From Patescibacteria group bacterium (GTDB lineage: Bacteria; Patescibacteriota; Minisyncoccia; Phycocordibacterales; UBA1550), in NCBI GenBank assembly GCA_038063615.1, contig JBBTUT010000003.1:67352-123356 (forward strand): a DNA stretch of 56,005 bases. The letters run 5' to 3'. Within the stretch, counting starts at the first letter, position 1; every line of letters starts with the position of its first letter. The notes beneath the pieces were generated by a model that ran no database searches, was not told the origin of the DNA, and worked only from the letters and a program-made list of their open reading frames with translations. This document shows positions 45,955-55,496 of this stretch, in pieces. Position numbers and translations under genes: made by a program.

Positions 45955-47949
45955 CTAGTTCTCCTTATACAGCGGATTGCACTTGAGGCAGATGCCGAGC
46001 TCCTCGAGGCGGTCGAGGTACTTGATGACGGTCATAATATATTCGGAGTGGCTCCAAGTGAGGGGCGTTGCGGAGAGCTGCTCGCCACTGTAAGGATGGA
46101 GCTGTTCCGAAAAGACGCCCGACGGTCCCGCGTGCTTTGCTGCCCACGCGAGCCACTGATGCACGGGAGCGAAGTCCGCTTCATTTTTTGCGCGCGCAAT
46201 ATAGTATTGTGCAAGCCACATTGTGGTGATGATCCACGGGTTTCCGGGAACATTGGTTCCTTGGCGGAAGTAAGCATCTCCTTCATACCGCGCGACACCG
46301 CCCACATCGGTTTTGACGAGGATGCGGTCTTCAACCTGTTTTATTACGCGCGCAAGTCGCGGGTCATCGACATCGAGCACCCCGAATGCAAAGATGCCGT
46401 ACACGCTCGACATATCGAGCGTCTTGTCATACACCAGAGTGCCGTCGTCCGTGACATTGAGCATTTTTACAAAAATCCCCGCCCCTTCATCATAGAGATA
46501 GGTAAGTATCGATTGACGAATTTCAAATGCGGCTGTCGTGTAAATGTGCTCGCTTTTTTCCTTACCCAAAAGCTTTGCAAACTTTGCCGCAGCCATCAGG
46601 GCGCCATACACCGAAGCCGCGGTAAAAGTGTGGATGCCGAATTTTTCCTCCCAGAGATCGTACGACGCTTTCGGAAGCCGTGTCTTCGGGTCGCGGTATG
46701 AGACCATAAAATCAGCGGCTCGTTTTACCAACGAATTGTATACCTTTTCGATAAACTCGAGGTCTTTTGAATGCTCGTAGTGGTGCCCGAGCGCAATGAG
46801 GACAAGCGCTGTTTCGTCCTCTTGAATAGGGAGCTCTATTTTGCCATGGCGCATCCACGGATGCCACGAGCTTCCGAGGGACTCGTCGGGGCGATACTTG
46901 TGCATAAAATATCCGTCGTCGGTGATGACATGATTGCAAAAGTCAAAAAATCGTTCGGCAACATTGAAATTCCCCGCCATGTTGAATGCCATCGCCGAAA
47001 ACGCGCCGTCGCGCGGCCACATATAGCTATAGGTATCACGGCCATTTTGGAGCATATCCGAATCAGCCGACGCGATGATCGCCCCGCGGTTGTCGGCATG
47101 CGTGCGAATGATAAGGAGAGATTTTTTGAAGAGTGCAATCTCGTCCTGTGTGAGTCCATAGAAACTGAAATTATATTTGTTTACCCATGCGTGCCAATAA
47201 TCGCGGGTCGTACGAACAATGTGCTCGGGCTTTTTCTCAAGCACATAGGCGTTAAGCGCGAGTGCGTCTTTGATAGACTCCGCCGCCGCCATCCAATAAT
47301 AAACAGTTTTTGATTCATGCGGAGCGAGATCGATATAAAAGCCGATGACCGAGTCTGACGGTCCATGCTCTATCAAATTTTTTGCAAGGACGCCGTCTTC
47401 AGCATCTTTGAAACTCCCCTCTCTCCCCTCTATTTTAAATATTCCCGCTGTATAGTCGTCGAAGCTACCCTTGTCCGAAAGTCCGTTCACCATAAACACA
47501 CGCTTGCCATTGTAATGGGCGATGACATGGTTGATCGGGTCGAAATATGCGGTGTCCCCGCGATGGGACTCGTATATCTCAAACTCATGCGCAAAGAAAA
47601 GTTTGACGGTGCGCGCTCGGTCGATATCATTGGTCACTTTTACTTCTCGCAGAAAAATATTTTTCTCGTTGTATACCGCATCGGAAAAGTTGAGCGTGAC
47701 GCCGAGGGCTCTGTTCTTCGCGACGGTCTCCCCTATCATCGATTCATTCGCCAAACGAATTTGTATGTCCCAGTTTGAATGATCGAACCAATTGAGCTGG
47801 TAGTCCACAAAGACACCGACGCGATGCGTATAGTGTCCGCCGACATGATTTTCAAGTCCGACATATGGGAAATAAAAGTCCCGCACCTGCGCGCGCTTGT
47901 CCGTGCAGACAAGAATATTTCCATTACCGAGTGAAAGGGACTTTGACAT
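45955..47949 (-). CDS. Glycoside hydrolase family 15 (glucoamylase-like)
   Basis: Y.Y.WPRD, Q.DETA, DLWEE, SEQ, PLTWSH. Confidence 0.9.
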   Translation of the reverse strand: MSKSLSLGNGNILVCTDKRAQVRDFYFPYVGLENHVGGHYTHRVGVFVDYQLNWFDHSNWDIQIRLANESMIGETVAKNRALGVTLNFSDAVYNEKNIFLREVKVTNDIDRARTVKLFFAHEFEIYESHRGDTAYFDPINHVIAHYNGKRVFMVNGLSDKGSFDDYTAGIFKIEGREGSFKDAEDGVLAKNLIEHGPSDSVIGFYIDLAPHESKTVYYWMAAAESIKDALALNAYVLEKKPEHIVRTTRDYWHAWVNKYNFSFYGLTQDEIALFKKSLLIIRTHADNRGAIIASADSDMLQNGRDTYSYMWPRDGAFSAMAFNMAGNFNVAERFFDFCNHVITDDGYFMHKYRPDESLGSSWHPWMRHGKIELPIQEDETALVLIALGHHYEHSKDLEFIEKVYNSLVKRAADFMVSYRDPKTRLPKASYDLWEEKFGIHTFTAASVYGALMAAAKFAKLLGKEKSEHIYTTAAFEIRQSILTYLYDEGAGIFVKMLNVTDDGTLVYDKTLDMSSVYGIFAFGVLDVDDPRLARVIKQVEDRILVKTDVGGVARYEGDAYFRQGTNVPGNPWIITTMWLAQYYIARAKNEADFAPVHQWLAWAAKHAGPSGVFSEQLHPYSGEQLSATPLTWSHSEYIMTVIKYLDRLEELGICLKCNPLYKEN

Positions 47950-47980
47950 ACATACAGTATACTAAATATTTTTTTGTAAA

Positions 47981-48014
47981 GAAAGAAAAATGCCCCCCGT
48001 GTGTACGGAGGGCA
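47981..48014 (-). terminator. Intrinsic terminator
   Basis: TGCCCCCCGT/ACGGAGGGCA stem with T-rich tail on the minus strand. Confidence 0.6.
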
Positions 48015-48048
48015 AGTGCTTCATTGCTGACGACTCATCTGTCGTAAT

Positions 48049-48336
48049 TTAAATTGATACCGCTAAAATTGATTCTAGGGCACTTCTTCCGATTTCATCG
48101 TATGTGTGTCCAGTGGCAGCATAGGTGTGTGGCAAGAATTGAAACTGCCTATTCGGATAACGCCTGCGCACCTCAGCGAAGATTTCATGCCACGCCCTCA
48201 CCGCCTCCCAGCGTCCTTGGGTTGCCCCGTCAGGAAGCATGAGAAGAAGCGTCTGATGATTTTTACCGTCTTCTTCTATCTCTCTAATTAAATCATCGAA
48301 AAAATCTGAACCTTCCATCGAAGCATTACTCATCAC
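48049..48336 (-). CDS. Small hypothetical protein
   Basis: AAGGAGGAAG SD, TGGACA-N17-TATAGT promoter, own terminator. Confidence 0.65.
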   Translation of the reverse strand: MMSNASMEGSDFFDDLIREIEEDGKNHQTLLLMLPDGATQGRWEAVRAWHEIFAEVRRRYPNRQFQFLPHTYAATGHTYDEIGRSALESILAVSI

Positions 48337-48438
48337 TTCCTCCTTTGAACAAGATTTTTACTTCTGATTTGAACTATACCAACCCCCCTCCAATTTGTCC
48401 AGCCCATCCTAGCTTTTAACCACACTACCCTGCTCTCC

Positions 48439-49104
48439 CCGCCACAAACTTTATCTATAGTTGAAGTTTGTGGCGGGAAATGCGTCGTATACATAATGAT
48501 GGCTACTCAGTAATTTTAAAATGACGCTTTATCTTTTCCGCCCCCTCAATGTCTTTTGCGGTAACATAAATAAGGTGGCTGCGTACATTAAAAAATTCGC
48601 CCACAAAATCGATTTCTTCCCTGCATGGGTACGGTGAAACAAAAACAGATTTCTGAAGCGGGAACAATCCAATTTCGCGAATCTTTTGACTCAGCGCCAT
48701 GCGTGCTTTCTTCTTCGATTCAGGAATATCAAACATAATAAGATGCCACTCTTTGTTCCACTTTCGAGTGTGCTTCAATTTCATCTCGTCAATATTATAG
48801 GAGAGAACTTTACGCTTACCCTCCTGCGTGATTTCAACAATATCTTGCCCATCTTTTTGATAAATACGGACAAGTTTTTTCTTTTGCAAGTTCCTCAATG
48901 AACGATCAAATCGATACCGCTCTTTTGGGTTTTTCGCCTGAAAAAGTTTCGCCACCTGTGCAAGGTTTGGCATCGCAAAACAGAGAACAATAAACCCTCC
49001 AAGGGCAAGCCCCTTCAAAATCTCCTTTGCCAATTCCCCATGTTCGTAATTTTTCATACTTTAATTCTACCACAAACTTCGGCTATAGATAAAGTTTGTG
49101 ACGG
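48439..49104. mobile_element. Candidate single-gene element bounded by 35-bp self-palindromic inverted repeats
   Basis: 48439-48473 and the reverse complement of 49070-49104 match at 32/35; each folds as CACAAACTT-N12-AAGTTTGTG. Confidence 0.55.
48503..49057 (-). CDS. PaaX-like protein (winged helix + Cas2/VapD-like ferredoxin domain)
   Basis: L..L.KKKLV...VEIT.EG wHTH; W...WHLIMFDIPE.KK.AR..L...I...G..PLQKSVFV.PYPC. Confidence 0.8.
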   Translation of the reverse strand: MKNYEHGELAKEILKGLALGGFIVLCFAMPNLAQVAKLFQAKNPKERYRFDRSLRNLQKKKLVRIYQKDGQDIVEITQEGKRKVLSYNIDEMKLKHTRKWNKEWHLIMFDIPESKKKARMALSQKIREIGLFPLQKSVFVSPYPCREEIDFVGEFFNVRSHLIYVTAKDIEGAEKIKRHFKITE

Positions 49105-49179
49105 CTTTTTGTTTATTACTATTCAACACAAGTCGTTATGGTCCGTGTCAAGATACTGAAGACTTTCAATTGTTATGAT

Positions 49180-50415
49180 TTATGCCAACTCCTTTACCTT
49201 GATCTTCTTTGCATACGAGGGGTGCCCGACCACGCGGAGGCGGAGGTCTTGGAGGGCGTTCATGTAGGCGATGAATGCTTCGTAGGGGGTGTTGTAGGGA
49301 TTGAAATATTTGTGCACATCGCCGTCGTTGAACCATTTGGTGCACATATAGTAGAAGTGATCCGAGGTCTGGAGTTTGCGCCAGTCGCTGATGAGCTTTT
49401 CGTCGTGCGTTTCAATCACATCTTTTTCGAGATTGTAGACGCTCTGAATCGCATCGTGTTGCATCGGGTTCGAGAGCCATGCGGACAGATCGCGCTCGAC
49501 ATCCGCCCATGACATATAGTTGTGCACATCGAGCTCGGACACCGGCTCATAGCGAGCGATGGCCTCGCTCGGTGTCACGAAGTCATTGTCAGGATGCTTG
49601 TAGATTTCCTCGGGCAAGTGGCGGAGGAAGTTGAAGATGCCCGTATCCTCCCATTGGTGCTCGCCAAATGTCTCATAGTCCATAAAAAGGTTGATGAGGT
49701 TGCCATTGCCGTTGACTTGGTTCGCCCACTCTGCAAACTTGGGTGCGGTGAGCGGAAAGTCCGCCCAGTCTTTTGAAGAAAAGCGGAAAGCGATGTCGTC
49801 CGAGAGGCGATAGTTTTTAAGAAGGAGTTTCAAATTCTCCGTTCCCTGCGGTCGGTACAAAAAGTTTGGGCTCCTCCAGCCGAGGACATGGTCGGCTCCC
49901 TCGGCGATGATGCCTTTATACCCCATTTTCTCCACCTCGTGCGCGAGCGCGTTGTTGTAGATGAGCTCAGTATTGCGAAAAACGGTCGGCGTCACGCCAA
50001 AAAGCTCTTGGATTTTATCGCGATGCATTTTTACCTGTCGGCGAAATTCGTCGGGCGAGTACAGAAATGAGAGTGAATGGTAGTAGGTCTCCTCAAGCAC
50101 CTCCACTCGCCCCGTCGCCACTAGTTTTTGGAATGACTCGAGCGTTTCAGGGCTAAACTCCTGAAGTTGGTCGAGGAAAACGCCGGAAAACGAGAAGCTG
50201 ATCTTGAATTCCGGATGCTTGTTCAAAAGCTCAAGCATCACCGCATTTGCCGGCAAATAGCACTTCCCCGCTACTTTGTTTAATATTTTTTTATTGTTGA
50301 TAGAGCGGTCGGAATCATCATTGAAATACTCGCTGTCATTCCCAATATCAAAAACGCGATAATCTTTCACGCGATAGGGCTGGTGAACTTGGAAGTAAAA
50401 GCAAATGGAGGCCAT
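49180..50415 (-). CDS. Glycoside hydrolase family 57 (alpha-amylase-like)
   Basis: FQVHQP, ETYYHSL, FRNTEL, MDYETFGEH, LQTSDHFYYM. Confidence 0.92.
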   Translation of the reverse strand: MASICFYFQVHQPYRVKDYRVFDIGNDSEYFNDDSDRSINNKKILNKVAGKCYLPANAVMLELLNKHPEFKISFSFSGVFLDQLQEFSPETLESFQKLVATGRVEVLEETYYHSLSFLYSPDEFRRQVKMHRDKIQELFGVTPTVFRNTELIYNNALAHEVEKMGYKGIIAEGADHVLGWRSPNFLYRPQGTENLKLLLKNYRLSDDIAFRFSSKDWADFPLTAPKFAEWANQVNGNGNLINLFMDYETFGEHQWEDTGIFNFLRHLPEEIYKHPDNDFVTPSEAIARYEPVSELDVHNYMSWADVERDLSAWLSNPMQHDAIQSVYNLEKDVIETHDEKLISDWRKLQTSDHFYYMCTKWFNDGDVHKYFNPYNTPYEAFIAYMNALQDLRLRVVGHPSYAKKIKVKELA

Positions 50416-50421
50416 TAGACT

Positions 50422-50452
50422 AGTTGAAAGTTAAAAGTGTAAAGTTGAAAGT
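50422..50452 (-). repeat. Heptamer tandem repeat (ACTTTCA-like x4)
   Basis: AGTTGAA AGTTAAA AGTGTAA AGTTGAA AGT on the + strand; same family as 29198. Confidence 0.7.
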
Positions 50453-50482
50453 AAATACGAATACGGACTCAGACTCATTATA

Positions 50483-51715
50483 TCAGATATACCGCACATC
50501 CTGACCAACCCCGCAATCACACATTATTTTCTCATAATAATCAATGCACTTTTTGCTTGCGGCGTCCCATGTGACTTTTTTTACTTCCTCGCGACTGTTG
50601 CCCCAGAGTGTCTGCCAAAGGGAGCGATGCGAAACGACGCTCAATATCTTGTTTGCCATATCTTCCGTATCCCAAAAGTCTGCTTTGAGCGCATGGGTGA
50701 GAACTTCGGACACACCGGACTGTTTGGAGATGAGGACGGGCGCGCCGGCAATGATCGACTCGAGCGGAGTGAGCCCAAAAGGCTCGGACACCGACGGCAT
50801 GACAAAAAGATCCGCTACGCGATATGCAGCATTCAAGTCATCGCCACGGAGAAAACCAACGAAAAGGACATGGTCAGAGATGCCGAGGGACGCGGCTTCG
50901 AACATCATCTGCCTTTCCATATCACCGCTTCCCGCGACAAGAAAAAGTACATTAGGATTGACATCGAGAACCCGTTTTGCGGCACGGATAAAATACTCGG
51001 GACCTTTTTGGATGGTGATGCGTCCCGCAAAGAGCACAATCTTTTGTCCCGCGCGTTTGAGCTCAGAAAGCTTGTCGGGAATATTCGCATAGTCGCATTC
51101 ATCGATGCCATTGTGCACGACCTCTATTTTCTCCGCGGGGATGCCGTAGTGCTCGACGATCTTTTGTTTGGTATGGTTCGAGACCGCGATGATGCCGTCG
51201 GCAAACTGCATTCCGGCGCGCTCAATGTTGTAGACTTCCTGATTCACACCCTGCCCGCCCGTACGGTCAAACTCGGTCGCATGCATATGGAGGATGAGCG
51301 GTTTGCCGGAGATCTTTTTCGCTTCGACTCCCGCGAGGAAAGAAAGCCAATCGTGCGCGTGGATGACATCAAACTTTTCTTTCTTTGCGATATCGCGCGC
51401 ACGGAGAGCATAGCGGCGCACTTCCTGCATCAGAGTATTTCCGTAAATATCCGAAATGATTTTGTCGCGCTCGCGGATGTATCCCTCTGAGGTCACATAC
51501 GGCTTGAGCGTCGTCTCGATTTCGTGGAATTTCACCCGTCGCTCGTCAGCAAAAAGAATGTTCATAAAAGAAGCTGATACGCCGACTTTTTTCGGGAGAA
51601 CAAAGAGGACTTCAATATTTCTGTTTGCAAGCGCACGAGTGAGTCCAAAACACGCAGTGCCGAGGCCACCGCTGTTATGAGGAGGAAATTCCCATCCGAA
51701 CATAAGTACGCGCAT
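50483..51715 (-). CDS. GT4 glycosyltransferase (glycogen synthase-like)
   Basis: GWEFPP...GGLG, HAHDW, GR...QKG, PS.SEPFG. Confidence 0.9.
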   Translation of the reverse strand: MRVLMFGWEFPPHNSGGLGTACFGLTRALANRNIEVLFVLPKKVGVSASFMNILFADERRVKFHEIETTLKPYVTSEGYIRERDKIISDIYGNTLMQEVRRYALRARDIAKKEKFDVIHAHDWLSFLAGVEAKKISGKPLILHMHATEFDRTGGQGVNQEVYNIERAGMQFADGIIAVSNHTKQKIVEHYGIPAEKIEVVHNGIDECDYANIPDKLSELKRAGQKIVLFAGRITIQKGPEYFIRAAKRVLDVNPNVLFLVAGSGDMERQMMFEAASLGISDHVLFVGFLRGDDLNAAYRVADLFVMPSVSEPFGLTPLESIIAGAPVLISKQSGVSEVLTHALKADFWDTEDMANKILSVVSHRSLWQTLWGNSREEVKKVTWDAASKKCIDYYEKIMCDCGVGQDVRYI

Positions 51716-51854
51716 ATTTTTGTATAGAAACTTAGTCCATTGTAACATACTCATACAAAAAAATGACAAGAAATGTGTGGACAATGCGATTTCTTGCGCC
51801 TGTATAAGATGATATACTTGAAAAAAGGTCGCGGACAAGAAAAAAAATAAAAAT

Positions 51855-52046
51855 ATGCTTAATAATCACATTTACAATCTGCTCCTTCAGGCAACCCAAG
51901 AACATAAGAGCCTTTGGCGCATCAAGAGCGATTATCGCGAAGACGCAAAAGACTGCGCTGAATGCTCTGCGTTCTGGGAAAAATTAGAGAAAGACAAAGA
52001 GAATCATGTTGCCGAGCTTGAGGAGATGATCAAGAAACATCTTTAG
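51855..52046 (+). CDS. Small helical ferritin-like protein
   Basis: N..YNL.....E.KSLWRI...Y..DA..C..C..FW..L.....H. Confidence 0.7.
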   Translation: MLNNHIYNLLLQATQEHKSLWRIKSDYREDAKDCAECSAFWEKLEKDKENHVAELEEMIKKHL

Positions 52047-52081
52047 GAACAAGGGGAACGCTCGGGACAGGGGGAACAATG

Positions 52082-52116
52082 AAAAACACGCAATCGCTTA
52101 GCGACTGCGTGTTTTT
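52082..52116. terminator. Intrinsic terminator
   Basis: AAAAACACGCA...TGCGTGTTTTT. Confidence 0.7.
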
Positions 52117-52163
52117 GTGTGGGATTGCATTTTTACGCTAGATATGGTCTAATGCATACACTT

Positions 52164-52964
52164 ATGAAACACATCAAAAGAAAAAAACAGACTTCGTTCA
52201 AAAAGACGACCGTACCAGCAAAAAAGCCACAGCTGGCGTCTAAAGAAACGATTCCTCTCGAGTTCCCCATTCGCCTCAACCGCTACCTCGCACACAAAGG
52301 TTTTTCCACGCGCCGTGGCGCCGATGAGCTCATTACGAAAGGTCTGGTGAAAATAAATGACAAGGTTGCGGTGCTTGGCGACCAAGTGAAGTCATCTGCC
52401 GATGTCGTTGTCGTATCGCCAAAAGTCATTACGAAAATGGAAGGCGCGTACCGCTATGTCGCATACTACAAGCCACGGGGCATTTCGACCGACGCGCAAA
52501 AAGAAGGCGAAAGCATCAAAATGGCTCTCCCCGCTCTCCGCGGACTCTTCCCGCTCGGTCGTCTCGACAAGGATTCACAAGGACTCATCATCCTCACCAA
52601 CGACGGCCGCCTTACCGACCGCGTCCTCTCCCCCGACCGCGCGCACGAAAAAGAATATCTAGTGAGAGTGGACAAACAAATAAGCGACACATTCATCCGC
52701 CATCTCGAGCGCGGCATTTTGATCGAGACCTACAAAACAAAACCCGCAAAAGCGCGTCGCTCCGGCGAAACTATTTTTCATATCACGCTCACCGAAGGCA
52801 AAAAGCACCAGATCCGCCGTATGTGCACCGCCGAGGGATACCAAGTACTCCAACTCACCCGCGTCCGCATTATGAACATCAAACTCGACAACCTCAAAGA
52901 AGGCGCCTACCGCGACATCACGGGGACAGAGCTTGCAACACTCAAGAAAAGTATTGGGTTGTAA
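52164..52964 (+). CDS. RsuA-family pseudouridine synthase (RluB/RluF-like) with S4 domain
   Basis: RLNRYLA...RR.AD, YKPRG, GRLDKDS.GL, EG.K.QIRRM. Confidence 0.92.
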   Translation: MKHIKRKKQTSFKKTTVPAKKPQLASKETIPLEFPIRLNRYLAHKGFSTRRGADELITKGLVKINDKVAVLGDQVKSSADVVVVSPKVITKMEGAYRYVAYYKPRGISTDAQKEGESIKMALPALRGLFPLGRLDKDSQGLIILTNDGRLTDRVLSPDRAHEKEYLVRVDKQISDTFIRHLERGILIETYKTKPAKARRSGETIFHITLTEGKKHQIRRMCTAEGYQVLQLTRVRIMNIKLDNLKEGAYRDITGTELATLKKSIGL

Positions 52965-52989
52965 TTTACGAAGGACGGTCCTTCGTAAA
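52965..52989. repeat. REP-like GAAGG-N5-CCTTC palindrome
   Basis: TTTACGAAGGACGGTCCTTCGTAAA; a second hairpin at 53006-53032. Confidence 0.75.
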
Positions 52990-53162
52990 ATCATTTTGCG
53001 CATCCTTCGCTGGAAAGGACCGCTCCAGCGAATGCATCGCCATAAGTTGCACCCCGATTAGGAATATCTAATGTTGCAGTGGTTATTCTTTGTGGTCAAA
53101 AATATATACCATGTATATTCAGTGTCAATAAAATCAAAGGTACCTGATCTCTTTGATCTTTT

Positions 53163-53495
53163 TTATGACACAACGGACAACAAAACAATGAAGGCTACCA
53201 ACGGTATCAAAATGACCAAGCTAGACACTCGCATAAATGACTTGCTCAATTCCGTCTTTTTTATGCTCAAATAAATACGCACAAGCAATACGAGCGGTGA
53301 GACGATGAGCCCGAACAGTGCAAGGGGTATCAAAACAAATACACCCTGGGCTTCTCCCTGTACTTGAACTGCAGAAATTGTCGAAAAAACCAACAAAGGG
53401 AGCATTGCGTAGAAGAAAAAATACATGACTGAATTTAGGAAAAAATGCTTGGGTATTTTTTCATCAAAAAAGAAAATTTCTTTTAAAAAGGACAT
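53163..53495 (-). CDS. Small multi-pass membrane protein
   Basis: About 3 TMs; TATAAT 6 nt upstream of the ATG. Confidence 0.7.
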   Translation of the reverse strand: MSFLKEIFFFDEKIPKHFFLNSVMYFFFYAMLPLLVFSTISAVQVQGEAQGVFVLIPLALFGLIVSPLVLLVRIYLSIKKTELSKSFMRVSSLVILIPLVAFIVLLSVVS

Positions 53496-53568
53496 ACATG
53501 TATTATACATCACCAAACCACTCACAACAACTTCCTATCACTTGGAGGCCTGGACTCCAAGTGGAGAC

Positions 53569-53697
53569 TTAGAAATATTTAGAAAAAATCAAAATACCGA
53601 CGATTGCCGCACCGAGAGCGACCACAAAAACAAACCCTCACATCGTGTCTTTGATCTTGCCTATTGAGGGGTCAGTGTTCGACTCGACTTTGTTGCA
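53569..53697 (-). pseudogene. dgkA: Duplicated 3' fragment of dgkA with internal TGA
   Basis: Translates CNKVESNTDPSIGKIKDTM*GFVFVVALGAAIVGILIFSKYF; 37/42 aa identical to the intact C-terminus. Confidence 0.85.
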
Positions 53698-53708
53698 AAT
53701 AATTCTCG

Positions 53709-54368
53709 TTAATTCTTTTGCAATTTTATTTTTAATAATTCTGCAATTCTCATAATTTTTAAAGGGTATAAGGTGATAGATTTTTTAATATCATTATCCA
53801 TAAATTCAATTCCTAATTTCGTTATGCCAATATTATAAAATAAATTCATAATAATATTTATTGGCCACGGGAAGTTAGCGAGTATTTTAAATATTTTATC
53901 CGCATATTCATTTACCTTAATATCAAATGTTACTATATCTTTATAAGCTATCTTGACAGGCATTTCAAATCCAGCAACAACAATAACATCATTGTATAAA
54001 CTTACTTTTATAAATGGTACTGTCGCATGTTGTGCCTCATAGTAACCACCACTATATGCGACTAGTAACGGGTTTACTCTCACTAATTCATCGAGCTTGT
54101 CCTCTCTTTTTCTTGTGGCTATAATCAATGAAAAAACGAGCACGGTGAATACCAATATAAACATGGCAATTAAAATATATACGCTCGAAGAATCGAGGCA
54201 TGAACCTCCAATAGGGAGCTGTTTAATATTTCTTCCAGATAATACCTGATCCCATTTCTGGAATTCCGCTTTCTTGCAAGATATCTGGTACAACACGAAA
54301 GAGGCTATCGATAAAAAAGTAACACAAAATAATATTAATCTGACTTTAATAATTTTATCTTTTTTCAT
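53709..54368 (-). CDS. Low-GC membrane protein
   Basis: 219 aa with two N-terminal TMs. Confidence 0.7.
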   Translation of the reverse strand: MKKDKIIKVRLILFCVTFLSIASFVLYQISCKKAEFQKWDQVLSGRNIKQLPIGGSCLDSSSVYILIAMFILVFTVLVFSLIIATRKREDKLDELVRVNPLLVAYSGGYYEAQHATVPFIKVSLYNDVIVVAGFEMPVKIAYKDIVTFDIKVNEYADKIFKILANFPWPINIIMNLFYNIGITKLGIEFMDNDIKKSITLYPLKIMRIAELLKIKLQKN

Positions 54369-54374
54369 AAAAAA

Positions 54375-55397
54375 CTACTCAGACACTACCATCTTTTTTT
54401 TAACTTGAGTTCGTATGAACGAATTAGGGATTAACGGTCCACGCGATGCAGTATAAGACATTAAGCTGCCAATTTCATCATTCCCGTAATCTTGGTTTAG
54501 AACATTACCCTTAGAGTCTTTGTTTACTTCCTCGTCCCAAGGATGCGGGATGCTCAAGGCATGCCCAAACTCGTGTGCTGATCCTATATAGCCAGAGTAG
54601 TCTGTCCCAACTTTAGTTGTTACAGTACCAAGAGATTCAGGGTCAAGCCAAAACCAAGAGTTCATAGCAGACGAGCTATTTTCTACTATTGGTCCTCCAC
54701 CGTAAAGACCGGTAGCTCGTTTGTCATTTTCACCCTGAATAGGGTAAAACATTAAAACTACAAAATTATTTGTTGAGTTAATTTGTACTTTTTGTCTTAT
54801 CTCTCGCTCTATGGCAAATTGGTCGTACTCCTCAATATTTTTATCTCCATAGATAATAATAGGGGTGCTTATGGTAATGTTGGTCTTATTATTAAACTGA
54901 CCCTCGTAAAAGTTTTTTATCTGCATAAAAATATCCAACATACTGCTTTGCCAATATGATTTAATGCCTGTAACTTGATTTTTAGCCACAAAGTATACTC
55001 CTTGTATCATGATTTTATTTAGACAACGCTTGTCCCCTCCCCCAAAATAAAATTTATCTTGGTAAGTATAAATTCTACAGTCTTCGATTGCAGATATTAT
55101 TTTTACAGGAATGAGAGATTGTGATGATGTTGAAGTTGGCGTGCGTGCGAGAGTATGTAACGATGTAGGTATTGATTTTGTTGCATGTTGGGTCTCCTGT
55201 GTTGCCACTTGCTTGGTGGTCGTAGTAGGTTGAAATAAAACGCTCTGTGTTTGAGTAGGCGTACTTGATGTCTTAACTAATGCTGGAATAGGAACTACAC
55301 TTGCTTCGTCCGCTTTCATTTGTTGATATGCCCACATTCCACGCCATAGAATAACAACAAGAATAATTCCACCTACGATAAAAATAATTTTTTTCAT
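54375..55397 (-). CDS. Membrane-anchored metzincin-like zinc metalloprotease
   Basis: N-terminal TM, Thr-rich stalk, HEFGHALSIPH and Met-turn SLMSY. Confidence 0.8.
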   Translation of the reverse strand: MKKIIFIVGGIILVVILWRGMWAYQQMKADEASVVPIPALVKTSSTPTQTQSVLFQPTTTTKQVATQETQHATKSIPTSLHTLARTPTSTSSQSLIPVKIISAIEDCRIYTYQDKFYFGGGDKRCLNKIMIQGVYFVAKNQVTGIKSYWQSSMLDIFMQIKNFYEGQFNNKTNITISTPIIIYGDKNIEEYDQFAIEREIRQKVQINSTNNFVVLMFYPIQGENDKRATGLYGGGPIVENSSSAMNSWFWLDPESLGTVTTKVGTDYSGYIGSAHEFGHALSIPHPWDEEVNKDSKGNVLNQDYGNDEIGSLMSYTASRGPLIPNSFIRTQVKKKMVVSE

Positions 55398-55496
55398 TAA
55401 AATTTTATGACTACCTAGCTAATAAAGGTGTTCATATTATAGCACTAAACCCCTCACTCCCCCAATCACTTGGAGGCCAGACCTCCAAGTAGAAAC

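Noticed and set aside
48503-49057. CRISPR-associated Cas2 / CRISPR locus
   Set aside because: The Cas2-like domain is fused to a winged helix (PaaX-like). There is no cas1, effector gene or repeat-spacer array in the window.
53638-53640. TGA aligned to Gly as evidence of genetic code 25
   Set aside because: It is a single case in a gene fragment and one substitution from GGA. TGA ends intact genes (ftsW, the PD-(D/E)XK gene), and conserved genes have no internal TGA.
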